Assembly (NCBI GenBank): GCA_951406725.2
Contig: OX597825.1
Location: 21,080,001 to 21,144,000 of the forward strand
Source of the DNA: Octopus vulgaris
Lineage: Eukaryota
Reading direction: 5' to 3'
DNA: 64,000 bases
Part shown: in pieces, positions 1 to 12,719 of the stretch
Position numbering within the stretch: the first letter of the stretch is position 1
How the letters are laid out: every line of letters begins with the position of its first letter
The notes under the pieces: model-generated
Seen by the model: only the letters and a program-made list of their open reading frames with translations
Told to the model about the DNA's origin: nothing
The model's database searches: none
Made by a program: the position numbers and the translations under genes

Positions 1-559
1 CACTTCGCATTGTTTTAGCCTTCAAATGACGCCACTACGCTGACTAAGCAAGCAGGCCAACAGAAGAAAGAGTGAGAGAAAGTTATGGTGAAAGATTAAA
101 GCAGGGACCCCCCGCCCCTCCGCGGGTGCCTCGTGGAGCTTTAGGTGTTTTCACTCAATAAACACTCACAACGCCTGCTCTGGGAATTGAAACCGCAATC
201 CTACAACTGTGAGTCTGCTGCCCTAACCACTGGGCCATTGCGCCTCCAGACACACACACACACACACACACACACATAAAAAGCACTCATGCTGGCACCA
301 CGTAAAAGTGCTTGTGCCTGTGACATGTTAAAAGCACCCCCAGCACACTGCAAAATGGTTGGCATTAGGAAGGGCATCCAGCCATAGAAACCAAGCCAAA
401 AGTGACTGGAACATATTGTAGTTCTCCTGCTTGCCAGCTCTGGTCAAACCGTCCAACCCATGCCAGCATGTAAAACGGTCATTAAATGATAATGATGATG
501 ATGATGATACAGCGTGTTGTATGTACAAACACTTGCAATGTTTATGTGTGTGTGTGTGT

Positions 560-885
560 GAAGGCGTGTGGCTTAGTGGTTAGGGCATTCGGCTGATGAT
601 TGTAAGGTCATGAGTTCAATTCCTGGCGACGCGTTGTGTCCTTGAGCAAGACACTTTATTTCACGTTGCTCCAGTCCACTCAGCTGGCAAAAATGAGTAG
701 TACCTGTATTTTTCAAAGGGCCGGCCTTGTCACACTCTGTGTCACGCTGAATCTCCCCGAGAACTACGTTAAGGGTACACGTGTCTGTGGGTTGCTCAGT
801 CACTTGCACGTTAATTCCACGAGGAAGCTGTTCCGTTGATCGTATCAGCTGGGACCCTCGTCGTCGTAACCGACGGAGTGCTCCT
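560..885 (+). mobile_element. tRNA-derived SINE family D (related copies ~10376-10564, 21108-21352, 24170-24360, 47490-47730, 51586-51890)
   Basis: Head ggcgtgtggcttagtggttaggg..gagttcaattcc, then tgtgtccttgagcaagacact. Confidence 0.85.
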
Positions 886-1066
886 ATATATATGTGTGTG
901 TGTGTGTGTGTGTATACATATTTATGCATGATGAATTTGAAGCACTAAACTCTGTTTTTAGTAATATTGCATCCAACAGCATGGAGTTTTCCTTTCTTTT
1001 TTTTTTATTTTATAAATTTGATTCTGTTAATTCCTGTGTTACCAAATTTGTGTTTTGTTTCTTCAG

Positions 1067-1257
1067 AATCGGAAAGGAATACCCAATCATCAAACCAACA
1101 GCAAACTTCCAACAATGAACTAAGCGTCCTAGAATCCTTCAAAGCAGTCTTGTCTATATCGACCGAACCTCTGGACTATGATCCTCAGGATTACCCATAT
1201 TTGATGAACAGCCCGCCTGGTTCACATCCTACCAGTGCCAGTGGCATATTCCTGTAA
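1067..1257 (+). CDS. Probable last coding exon of a gene entering from upstream (..ESERNTQSSNQQQTSNNELSVLESFKAVLSISTEPLDYDPQDYPYLMNSPPGSHPTSASGIFL*); product unknown
   Basis: Polypyrimidine acceptor tgttttgtttcttcag ends at 1066; open, non-repetitive frame to TAA at 1255-1257; perfect GTAAGT donor at 1259. Confidence 0.6.
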
Positions 1258-1814
1258 AGTAAGTTGTCTGCAGATTAAATTTTTTTTATTTGTTATTAAC
1301 CGTTCTAGTAATAACTTGCTCAAGATTTCCCCTGTGATAGAAATTTCCTGTTTTAAAATTATCGAAATTCCATCAAAATTTCCTGTTAAAATATGTTCCA
1401 ACCACCAGCTTAACCCATTCATTAGTATATTTCAAAGTAAAACACACCCCTTTTGAGTTTCAATTAAATACTAAAATAATTACAAATGTAGACTGGTTTC
1501 ATTAAACAACTGTAACTATTTTATTTATCGACATAATGTGATTTTTGGAATACAATTGAAGAAAAGGTTCTTAGTCAATTCTATTGCATAGCTTTTGTCT
1601 CAAAGTGATTCTAACTACCAGTATATACAAAATTTAAAATTAAAATAATAAGGGTGAAAAATTGAATATTAATTTGATTAATATCAATTTAAAACCAGTG
1701 GTCTAGCATGTAGAAAAATCTGAAAATTCAGAAAAATTGTGTTACATACATATAAGAGGGGATGACCACTAAGTGGACATCCCATATGCTAGAAGTCGAC
1801 CCCCTATGGTCTTA

Positions 1815-2272
1815 CCACTAAGAAAGGAATGTTCTCAAGAAAATTTAGCAAACGCCAGAATGTAAGCGAGCAAGACAAATGATAAAATACAAAATATACA
1901 GATTAATCCCGAACCAGTTTCGTTGTTACCACTTACGTAGAATGTCCACAACTCATCAGTGTGGTCGTCATAGCAAAATATAATTTGCAGAACTATACAC
2001 GAGATGTCCGCATGAGATTGAACATGTATATAGTTCTACCAATTACATTTGGGGTTATATTTCCAAAAGTCTTCGTTTTGGCGGGCCAAAATACCGGAAA
2101 TAATTCTGCTGCAATTTATATTTTGCTATGACGATCACACTGATGAATTGCGGACATCTATGTAAGTGGTAACAACGAAACTGGTTTGCGATTAATCTGT
2201 ATATTTTGTATCATGCTCGCTTACATTCTGGCGTTTGCTAAATTTTCTTGAGAACATTCCTTTCTTAGTGGT
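1815..2272. mobile_element. Fold-back element (arms ~1815-1992 and ~2108-2272) with a degenerate hammerhead motif in each arm
   Basis: Arms are reverse complements; CTGATGA..CGAAACTGGTT at 1905-1966 (-) and 2133-2193 (+). Confidence 0.7.
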
Positions 2273-2373
2273 CATCCCTCTTTATGTATGTAATATCAGT
2301 AAATACGGGTAAACCACAAGCTATCTTTTTTCTCGGTTTTTTCACTTTCTGCATAATGGTTTGTTTCCTGTAG

Positions 2374-2660
2374 TGATCACTTCAAACAAGTTTACAAGCT
2401 TACATTTGCTAGATTTCTCCATATCTTCCATTCAAAAGCCCTCAAATGCAGAATCATTGCTTGATGGCAAGAAACTGTTATCCATTTTAAAAGTTGAAAA
2501 GAAAAAAAAATTGCCGAAGAAAAAAAGGTGGGAAAAAAAATCTCCCAAAATTTGCAGAACTCAAATATCATCTCAAACAATGTCAGATACTGTAACTCGA
2601 TTATTTTACAAGGTGAAATCATGTGTTTTCACAAATGTACTAATGAGATATGTGCTGAAA
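2374..2660 (+). other. Possible non-coding 3' UTR exon of the upstream gene (end not defined)
   Basis: Long pyrimidine tract and ttcctgtag acceptor ending at 2373, followed by unique A-rich sequence. Confidence 0.3.
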
Positions 2661-2671
2661 CTCACATTTAA

Positions 2672-2890
2672 CCCTTTAGTGTTCAGATTATTCAATCAAA
2701 CATAATGCTTATTGATTCCCATTGATTTGAATTAATCATGCATTATCTCATATCTTCAAGATCTTGATGGTGTAATTACTTAATGTAGAATAACATTGTA
2801 GGGTAGGTGTGAGAGGCTGGATCTGGTCAGTTTGAACATAAAACAGATTAGCTATTTTGGCCGGATATGGCCGGTTTAAATACTAAAGGG
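2672..2890. mobile_element. piggyBac-type MITE
   Basis: TTAA-ccctttagt..actaaaggg-TTAA. Confidence 0.75.
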
Positions 2891-4553
2891 TTAAATATCA
2901 GTGGATTCACTCAGCTGAGTTGGTCATTTGAGCCAAAGCATTTTGGCTGGGTCAGTAACAAAAGGATGACATTTATTTTAATAAATTCTTCATAATTTTA
3001 TAATTGAAGCAAAAGCAGTGTATTTCAATAAAAATATGGTAACAGAAGCATTCACTCTCTCTTTTACTCTTTTACTTGTTTCAGTCATTTGACCGCGGCC
3101 ATGCTGGAGCACGCCTTTAGTCGAGCAAGTCAACCCCAGGACTTATTCTTTGTAAGCCTAGTACTTATTCTATCGGGCTCTTTTGCCATACTGCTAAGTT
3201 ATGGGGACATAAACACACCAGCATTGGTTGCCAAGCGATGTTGGGAGGAGAAACACAGACACACAAAAATATGCACACACACATAGATATACGACGGGAT
3301 TCTTTCAGTTTCCGTCTACCAAATCCACTCACAAGGCTTTGGTCGGCCAGAGGCTATAGTAGAAGACACTTGCCCAAGGTGCCACACAGTGGGAACGAAC
3401 CCGGAACCATGTGGTTGGTAAGCAAGCTACTTACCACACAGCCACTCCTGCACCTATACTGGTGACTTTCAAATGGTATGCCTCAATAGATACAAGTCTG
3501 CTGCAAGAGGGTATCTCTATCTACTGTTCATTGTCAATATGCATAGAATCAACTACCATTCATCATCATCATTTTTGCTGCCCGCTTTTCCATGCTAGCA
3601 TGGACCAAGTGGAATTCATTGGGGAATATTTTTTATAACTTGACTAGCACTATGATCCGGCAACACTGGGTCATACTGCTTGTGCATGAATATACAGCTG
3701 CATGCATGCGCTCATACATGCGAGTACTGTCCAAATCTCTGACCAATCACATACAGCTAGCTGGCATTCAATTGGCGTATCAAGTTTCAGGCATTTTGGA
3801 TAAAAAATTCACAAAAAAGTCACTTCTATTGATTTTTTAAGGGCTTTGCGGGGTGGTGACTGGGGAAATGTAAAGATGTGCACGACCACCCTTGGACGAT
3901 TTTGAATGACCATAGAAAATGCAAGCCCTCTAACTGAAAAATTGTGGATTTGTATAAAGGATACACACACACACACACAGACATTTTGCCGTTTATATAT
4001 ATAGAGATGATCTTTCTGTTGCCAGCCTTCATCTGTTACCAAGCAAAGTAATATTTCTCTCCATGACCGGACATATTTTCCACAGAAGTTTGGTAACGAA
4101 GGGCAACAGTTGTGTGCAACAGTGATGCTTGTTTACAACTATTGTGTGATGTCAAGGCATTCAATGTTGTGTGTGGCTGTGGGGTAAGGAGTTTACTTCT
4201 CAACTACATGGTTCTGGGTTCAGTCCCACTGTGTAGCACCTTGGGCAGGTATCTTCTATTATTGCCTCAGGCTGATCAAAGCCTTGTGAGAGAAGTTGGT
4301 AGACTGAAACTGAAAGATATATAATTATATCATCATCGTTTTGTGTCCACTTTCCATGCTAGCATGGGTTGGACGGTTTGACTGAGGGCTGGCGAACCAG
4401 ATGGCTGCACCAGGCTCCAATCTTGATCTGGCAGAGTTTCTACAGCTGGATGCCCTTCCTAACACCAACCACTCTGAGAGTGTAGTGGGTGCTTTTTACG
4501 TGCCAGTAAGGCAATGCTGGTAACAATCATGCTCGAATGGTGCCTTTCACGTG

Positions 4554-4593
<40 letters not shown>

Positions 4594-5537
4594 TAGATAG
4601 ACAAATAGATAGATATATTTGTGTGTTTGTGTTTGTCTCTCCACCATCGCTTGACAACTGATCTTCATATGTTTACGTCTCTGTAACTTAGCAATTTGGC
4701 AAAAGAGACTGATAAAATAAGTACTAGGTTTCCCAAAAATAAGTCCTGGGATTGATTTGTTCGGCTAAAGGTGGTGCTCCAGCATGGCTACAGTCATATG
4801 ACTAAAACAAGTAAAAAAAACATATATATATATAGCAAGGAATAAATTGTATACACCAGTCAACGCCTTTTCACTGTTTGTAAGATGTAATTGCTAATCA
4901 ACTATGGCAGATGATTCAAATTGATTGCGTCTGTGTGTCCTTGTACCAAAATCAGAAACTGTTTTTTTTTTTTGTGTTTGTTGTATATATTCCAGGCCTG
5001 ATTTAACCAACTGATTTCATTTCCACTTTTATTTTGTTCCAGTGTTCTGCAAAATGGTACCTTTTTTTCTGAATACAAAAGTGGGAAATATCCAGAGAAG
5101 TTAACAAAGGAAAAGAAAAAATGCAAAATGTGACTTGCAGAAAAAAAGCCCAAAAAACAAAACAAAGGACAAAAAAACCCTGAATTTTTTTTTTATTTTA
5201 AAAAACAGAAATTGAAAAAAAAAAAAAATACAAAATTTTAAAGCAAAAAAATCATTTCTTTTCTCTTTCTAAAAACAAGTGATATCAAACAGTTACAACT
5301 GTTAATTTGATATTGTTTATATTGTAATTTTTTTCTAAGTTGACATAATAAAAATGTAATATGAAAAAATAAAATAAAAATATAAAATATCATTTTCTCA
5401 GAACTAAGCAAAAAAAAAAAAAAATAGGGAACCATAATACTACATTATATAAAAAAAAGGGAAGGTTTTTGAAATTTTAGCTTTTCCTTCTTTTTGCATT
5501 CTGTCTCATTCCATTGAAAATTTCTATCATTAGAGTC

Positions 5538-7050
5538 AGTGTGCACGCATGACAGTGTAAGCGCCCTGAGAGAAATGTTGGACATAAGAATCATCAGATG
5601 TGGCGTGCAGGAGAGCCGTTTGCATTGGTATGGTTATGTACTATGGATGAATGAGGAGAGATGTGTGAAGAATTGCCACTCCCAAACAGTTGAAGGAATC
5701 TGGGGTAGAGGTAGATTGGGAAGACATGGTATGAGGTGGTCAAGCATGACCTTCAAACATTGGGCTTCACAGAGGTAATGACGAAAGACCGAGACCTCTG
5801 GAGATATGCTGTGACTGCGAAGACCCGACAAATGAAGTGAGTTCATGGCTTGCAGGACGGCTTGCTAGGGCAACCTGCTGTGCTTGAGGACACCTATTGA
5901 GTCAAGTACATCAACATCAAAATAAGAATCAAATGGAAATTGTAGTTGTGATACACATGTGTGTGTGTGTGAGTGCATGTCTAACCAGATTGTGATATTG
6001 TCTATCCTTTCTGTTCTTTGCCTGCGTTTTGATCTGCTGCCCTCTGCTCTTCTATGACAATTTTCCAAACCTCTGCATCTTTGAATATGGCCATAGTACA
6101 TGAGCTTGTTTTTTCACGATGTTCAGGAATTGTTTTTCACTTACTTGTAACACTCATTCATTTGTTTTGATGGTCCTTGTTAGAGAATTATAACATTCTC
6201 CTATAAACCCACATTTTGAATGCTTTAAAAGTGATCAACTGGTGCTGTGGCTGATACCAATTTAAGGTTTGAGAAAGAACTTGAACTACTAAGAAGTGAG
6301 GTAGAAAGAGCTCTGGAAAGAAAAACAAAAATCCAGGGAAGCACCAGGTCTAGATGCAGTGCCGATTGAACTAATCAAGGGTGCAGGAAATAATAGTCCT
6401 ATTTCTTTACTAGCCACAAGGGACTAAACACAGAGAGGACAGACAAACGGATTAAGTCGATTACATCGACCCCAGTGCGTAACTGGTACTTAGTTTATTG
6501 ACCCCGAAAGGATGAAAGGCAAAGTTGACCTTGGCGGAATTTGAACTCAGATCGTAACGGCAGACGAAATACCTATTTCTTTACACCCACAAGGGGCTAA
6601 ACACAGAGGGGACAAACAAGGACAGACAAAGGGATTAAGTCGATTACATCGACCCCCCAGTGCGTAACTGGTACTTAATTTATCAACCCTGAAAGGATGA
6701 AAGGCAAAGTCGACCTCAGTGGAATTTGAACTCAGAACGTAACGGCAGACGAAATACCGCTAAGCATTTTGCCCGGCATGCTAACGTTTTTGCTAGCTCG
6801 CTGCCTGTTGTAAGATCTTGAGGGAGGAGAAGGACTGTCAGATTGGTACATGGTGAAATATATGTGCCCATACAGAGATCGGGGAGATTTGCTTACGGGT
6901 GAGGACTATCACACAATCATTGATATCACATACAAATAAATTACTTTTGGTCATCATCTTGGAATGTTTGAAACCATTTCTCAAGCAAGAAACAGCTAAA
7001 GAACAAGCTGACTTTAGAAGCGAACTTGGCACAAGAGACCATCTGCATAA
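5538..7050. mobile_element. Cluster of decayed RTE-type LINE fragments, interrupted by a SINE multimer
   Basis: RLHWYGYV..VEG..GRGR (+, 5538-5830); YYGHIQR..EG (-, ~5980-6230); EAPGLDAVPIELIK and EQADFR..GTRDHL (+). Confidence 0.7.
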
Positions 7051-7063
7051 TCACACAATTTAA

Positions 7064-7273
7064 CCCTTTCTTTACTGTATTTATTTTGAAATGCTCTGTA
7101 TTTCTTTCAGTTACTTTAAATATAACAAAGAATTTAGTAAAATAACTTAGTCATCATTAAGCTAGTGTTAGGAACATAAATTGTGACTAAGGTTTGGTGG
7201 AAGATTTTAATTCAGAACTTACGAAAACAGGACATTTATACTCAGAGCCAGAGCCGGGTTGGTAAGAAAAGGG
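7064..7273. mobile_element. piggyBac-type MITE
   Basis: TTAA-ccctttc..gaaaaggg-TTAA. Confidence 0.7.
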
Positions 7274-7347
7274 TTAAACAAGAAGAGTAAGAACACACAA
7301 TTTTAAAACTTTCCTTTAAGTATCTCCTTTAAAAAATACTAAACATA

Positions 7348-7727
7348 TCTTTATATATAAAAGTAAGGTTGTGTGCTGTCTGTCTCGTACGATTTAGATT
7401 CCTAACTACTCCCACATTTTGCGGTGCAGTTTAACCAAAACCGAGTATCTTATAGTCGTGATTCATATCGAGCCCTTCTGGGTATTAGCGTGAGTCTACG
7501 ATTTAAAAAAAATATTCCATCAATTTTTAATGCATTTTTGGCATATATAAGGGAAGTAACTCTCTAAAAATTTATTATTAAATCTCAGAACGTAAAAAGC
7601 TACAGTAACACCCCACCCCCCTTGTGGTTAGCCATATTGAGATGGCTATCATACTTTACATCTCTAAAAATGCTTATATAGTTATTTCCCTTACAAAGCC
7701 GAGCAACGCCGGGCGATATACTGCTAG
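7348..7727 (+). mobile_element. Non-autonomous Helitron-type element (other copies 33796-34192 +, 60683-61071 +, 53042-53271 -)
   Basis: 5'-TC start, subterminal GC hairpin ccgagcaacgccggg, 3'-CTAG end, inserted between A and T with no TSD. Confidence 0.8.
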
Positions 7728-8187
7728 TTATAGATAAACGAACAATGAAAATGTTGGGGTTGAGGGGGGAGGGCTTGTTTAAAAACCCTTCAAAGTGGAG
7801 AGCTATAGTACAACAGGAGTAAAAGAGCATAAAAACCATACAAATTTACACCCCCGCCTGCTTTTTTTTTTCTTCCCTTCTCCTCAATCACGTGTGTTGT
7901 CTTGTTATATAACTCTATTCTCTCTCTCTTATTTTCTCCTGACCCAATTTCACACATTGCTAACTGAATAAATAACTAAGAGTTCGCCATATGGACCAGC
8001 TTGGCAGATCTTACCATGCTTAAAAGTATCATAAACTTCACTAATGTTCCATGCATCAGTTTACATAGTGTCACTATTACATTTTTTTTTTTATTTCTTC
8101 TTTATTTTACGAGTTCTATCGGCCCAGCCACCCCCACCCCCCACGCTTTTTCTTGTTCTATCGGGCCCCCACGCTTTTTCCTTTTTT

Positions 8188-8455
8188 TCTTCTTCAAATA
8201 AGAAATTGTGATCATCATTATTATCATCAACATCATCATCATCATTTAACGTCCGTTGTCCATGCTGGCATGGGCCGGACGATTTGACCAGGGCTGGCAA
8301 GCTCGAAGGCCGCATCAGACTCCATGATGAAACAGACTGGAGTCTGGTGCAGCCTTCCAGCTCACCAGCCCTGGTCAATCCGTCCAACCCATGCCAGCAT
8401 GGACAACGGACGTTAAATGATGATGATCACAGTTTCTTATTTGAAGAAAAAAAAA
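8188..8455. repeat. Fold-back inverted duplication of a retroelement end plus its flank
   Basis: Arms ~8188-8324 and ~8338-8455 are reverse complements; 13-nt spacer. Confidence 0.85.
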
Positions 8456-9589
8456 AAACTAAAATCCCTTCTCACCCCGACATTGTCATCTCTATTGCTT
8501 TTTTATCTTTTACTTGTTTCAGCTATCGAAAACCGATTTTTACTCTGATTTGAAATTTCATAGTACAGTGAGGAGAATGGGGGGGAGGGGGGGCATTGAT
8601 GCCGTCGAGAGGTAGGCCCCGAAACGGCGCGCATTCTCTCCTGGTGACCCTATACACTTGCTGGCTTCCGGTATGCGGAGCTTTCGACTGGTAGCACTTA
8701 TGTGCAAGTTGTTTGTTAAACATCTAGGAGAACATAGCAGTTTTATCTATTTGAAAAAATTGAAACTACTTCTGCGTTTTGCTGGCTCGTAGACTTAATC
8801 CGTCATTCGGATTAACCCCATCACCTGTCACTTTGGTTTAAAGCTCTTGAGAAAGGCATGAGCATAGTGTTCTCTATCTTACACTAAAGTATGTATGCAA
8901 TGGTTCTAGCTCATGTTAAAATAAAACGATAAACGTCGCCATTTTCAAGCCTAGCCAGGCTCATGGACCCGGTTTCTGTGGCGTATGTGTTCCCTCTCAG
9001 CTGGACGGGACCCCAGTCCATCGCAGCGTTACTCAAGAAACAGGAAGAGAGAGTGAGAGAAAGTTGTGGCGAAAAAGTACAACAGGGGTCGTCACCACCC
9101 CCTGCTGGAGCCCCGTGGAGCTTTTAGGTGTTTTCGCTCAATAAACACATAGCGCCCGGTTTGGGAATCGAAACTGCGATCCTCCGACCGCGAGTCCGCT
9201 GCCCTAACCACTGGGCCATTGCGCTTCCTGCAGCTCATGTTAAACGCATCAAATATAGACATGTACCACCAAGTGGTATGTCTATGCGGCATGAATCGAT
9301 TACCAACAAATGCCTGATTGTATATTGTTTACTTGACTCTGACAGTCAACCGAGCTTTTATTGAACTATGTGTCTTAGAAATCAATAGATAGTTTAATTA
9401 AGCATTAAATGCAGGCATGGCTGTGTAGTTAAGAAGCTGGTTTTGTAATCTCGTGAAATCATGCAAGGAACTTCATAAACTTGCAGCCGTTTCTGCGAAA
9501 AGTTGCAGTGCCCTGAGAGCTGAAAGCTTGTGCACTATCTTATAGCGCCCTCGGAGCTTCTGAAATGAAGAGCAAGTTTATTTGGGATA

Positions 9590-11700
9590 GCATTTACACT
9601 ACATCCACTCTGAATCCAATTATCCTAGATCAATGTTCAAAGGAATAGTAAAACGCCTATCTATCCGAGTATCCAGGTTATAGGTAAATTTTTAAAAATA
9701 GTCTGCATTGATTCTAAGACTGAAACTAATAATTTCTTAGTTATTAGAAAATTCTTTTAGCAATAACAGTGCCTATATTTCTATCGACAAGAGAAAAAAA
9801 TAAATAGAAATAGGGAAGATACGTAGTATATCCCCAACATAACCTCCTTGTAAAACTTCGTCTTCTTAAAATATTCTCCGTTCTTAAAACCTACTTCTCA
9901 CCACATCACATATCAAATATTTAGTAAGTATACCGTTAAGATATTGTACTCTACAGCCCCAAACCGTGCACACACCATTTAAGCTAAACTAAACAATTTA
10001 AGCATGTAAGTCCCCGCATTCTTCAACGATCAATCACTAAACACTACTGGTCTCGACCCGCAGCATCATACGTCCCATAAAGGACTCCAAATCTCTACAA
10101 CATAATAATCAAATGAACTCGATGTTAGCCAGTATATTGGTCACTCACACAATCTTAATTCTTTAGTATCTCCGACAAACATCTCTGCAGTAATCAGTCA
10201 TCTTAACTCAAATATCAAATACCGATATATTCAATGCAACTACCACTGGAGCCCCTGCTACGAAAACCTGTGATTGTAAGACTATCTACAATTGCCCATT
10301 AAACGGAAACTGTCTAGTTGAGAACATTGCTTACAGGTATCAAATAATTATGAGAGCAGCTACTAAAAGGTATATGGAAGCACTCCGTCGGTTACGACGA
10401 TGAGGGTTCCGGTTGATCCGAATCAACGGAACAGCCTGCTCGTGAAATTAACGTGTAAGTGGCTGAGCACTCCACAGACACGTGTACCCTTAACGTAGTT
10501 CTCGGGGATATTCAGCGTGACACAGAGAGTGACAAGGCCGGCCCCTTGAAATACAGGTACAACATAAAAGGTATATAGGAGTTACACCAAACAGTTTCAC
10601 GAGACGTTTTTACAAGGGGGTACCCAAAATAAACCAAAATTTTGCAATGGTATTTTATTCATTTAGTTTTACATGTTTATACGTTTATCGCCATCGAAGT
10701 ATTCTCCATTAGAAGCAATGCATCGGTCCAAATGCGTTTTCCACTGTTCAAAGTAGTGCTGGAACTCTTACGAAGTGATGCCTTTTAACGTCGCCGTCAT
10801 TTTTTTGTTCACCTTTTCCACATCTACAAATTCCGTAACACCATCTTTCATCCTCAGTGATGACTTTCGAAAAAAATGCCCGGATCAACTTCCACCTGTT
10901 CTTTCAGTTTACGACACGCATTCAGTCGTGACTGCTTTTGATCTTCCGTGCCGAAGCGAGGCACACATTTTGCTACAACTCTTTTCATTCGCAATTCCTC
11001 GCTCAAAATTCGTTGGCACGAGTTCCAGGACACACCGATCATATCAACATGTTCGTCAATTTTTCAGTGGCGCTCCTCCAAGATGAGTTCATGAATTTTC
11101 ATGATGTTTTCATTCGTTCGGGAGGTAGACGGTCGCCCTGAACAAGATTGGTCTTCAAGCGACAAGTGACCATTTCTAAAGCGTGAAAATTACTCGTAAA
11201 CTTGTTTTTTGCTTATAGCAGCGACCTAGCAAGCTGTTTGAAGCATGACAACTCTTTCCGCAGTTTTCTCCAGCAGAAAACAGAATTTCACGGAAGTACG
11301 CAAAAAATGGACGAACGGGAGAGAAGCACTGCAAAACAAGGACGCACCATATGGTAGCACGACCACACCCGACGACACGGTCGGCGGACTGATGTCTGGT
11401 GGATGCATCAAGTGGCTTCTAGCGGTGGAAGCCTGTACTACAAAGGGCTTGTCCCACAGAGACCGTTTCCAGTTATTTTTGGGTACCCCCTCATATACAT
11501 GTGTACACTCATTAAAAAACTCTAGTTGCAACTTCACTGGACGAGTACGTCTGGCAACTTAAAAATCTAAACGCGCAATACATCAATCATATACAAAGGA
11601 GAATGAAAACCGTGTAGATTTTTTTGCCAAAAAGCTATTCAAATTTAATTGCCCGCTGGATTTCTAGACAACTGTAATAAATTAATCATTATTTGCAACC
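9590..11700 (+). mobile_element. Decayed Penelope-like element interrupted by a SINE fragment and a mariner
   Basis: NCPLNGNCLVENIAY..TKRYIGVTPNSFTRRF remnants read across the insertions. Confidence 0.65.
10613..11493 (-). mobile_element. Internally deleted mariner/Tc1 transposon
   Basis: TIRs caagggggtacccaaaa / tttttgggtaccccctca with TA duplication; transposase remnants (SCQRILSEELRMKRVVAKCVPR). Confidence 0.85.
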
Positions 11701-12174
11701 TCATGCGTCTTCGAACATTTAGACTCTCTTACACAAGGAATTACGGGACTAGCTTAATCTGAATCTATGGATATTGCTAAATAAGAACTATACAATACCT
11801 TTGGCTCCATCTATTAACTTACTTTCTCGCTTGACGTATCTGATGATTTTTCTTTCTTCTGTTGGAAACCAAAGTATTTTCTTGTTTTTGGTAGCCCAAT
11901 TCTTAAAAAAAATTGGGCCTTTCTATTCACGTATCCTAATAGTCTCCAGTAGGTCAACATAACAAATTCTATGTGTGTACATGTATACATATATTCGTGT
12001 GTGTACGCGAGAATATGTGTAAGTATATACGAGCGTGCTAGTAAATATATGTAAGATTAGCCGAAATTGCGATGATGATCCGGTTCTTGACTGAAGATTT
12101 AAGGCTTCGAATGTCCCGTCCGTGTTTTTTGTATCGTCTTCTAAATGTTATGCGTTCTTGTCCCAGTTTGTATT

Positions 12175-12219
<45 letters not shown>

Positions 12220-12251
12220 TGTATATATACATATATATATATATATGTGTG

Positions 12252-12675
12252 TTGGGTTAGCAACTAAGTTACCGCGGTTTTTTTAAGTTTTGGAATCTAT
12301 TTTGTTCAAAAATTCTATTTTTGAATCATTTTGGAATCTATTTTTTTCCTAGTTAGTTTTAGTTAATTTTTTAAATTTTCAGATCATTAAAATGGCGACA
12401 CCTCCTTCTTTTTGCTTTTAATCAAGGTTCTTAGTCTGCAAAAGCTGCTCTCAACATTTGTGCTGTGTATGGTGAGGGTGTCATAGCTGAAAGAACCGCT
12501 CGTGATTGGTATGCCAAGTTCAAAAATGGAAATTTTGACCTCAAAGACGCACCTCGTTCTGGCCGTCCAGTTGAATTCGATGTAGAGCGATTAAACCAAC
12601 TTTTGCATGAAATTTCTCGCCAGACGACAGGGAAACTCGTAGAGAAAATGGAATGCTCCCACACTGCTATAGAGA
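12252..12675 (+). mobile_element. 5' fragment of mariner transposon (HTH region)
   Basis: YGEGVIAERTARDWYAKFKNGNFDLKDAPRSGRP. Confidence 0.85.
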
Positions 12676-12719
12676 TGCACACACACACATATAAACATAT
12701 ATATATTTATGTATGTATA

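Noticed and set aside
8570-8680. Hammerhead-like GCCGUC..GAAACGGC in a CpG-rich patch; possible promoter with CTTCCGG
   Set aside because: No CUGANGA core, and no linked exon found to support a promoter call
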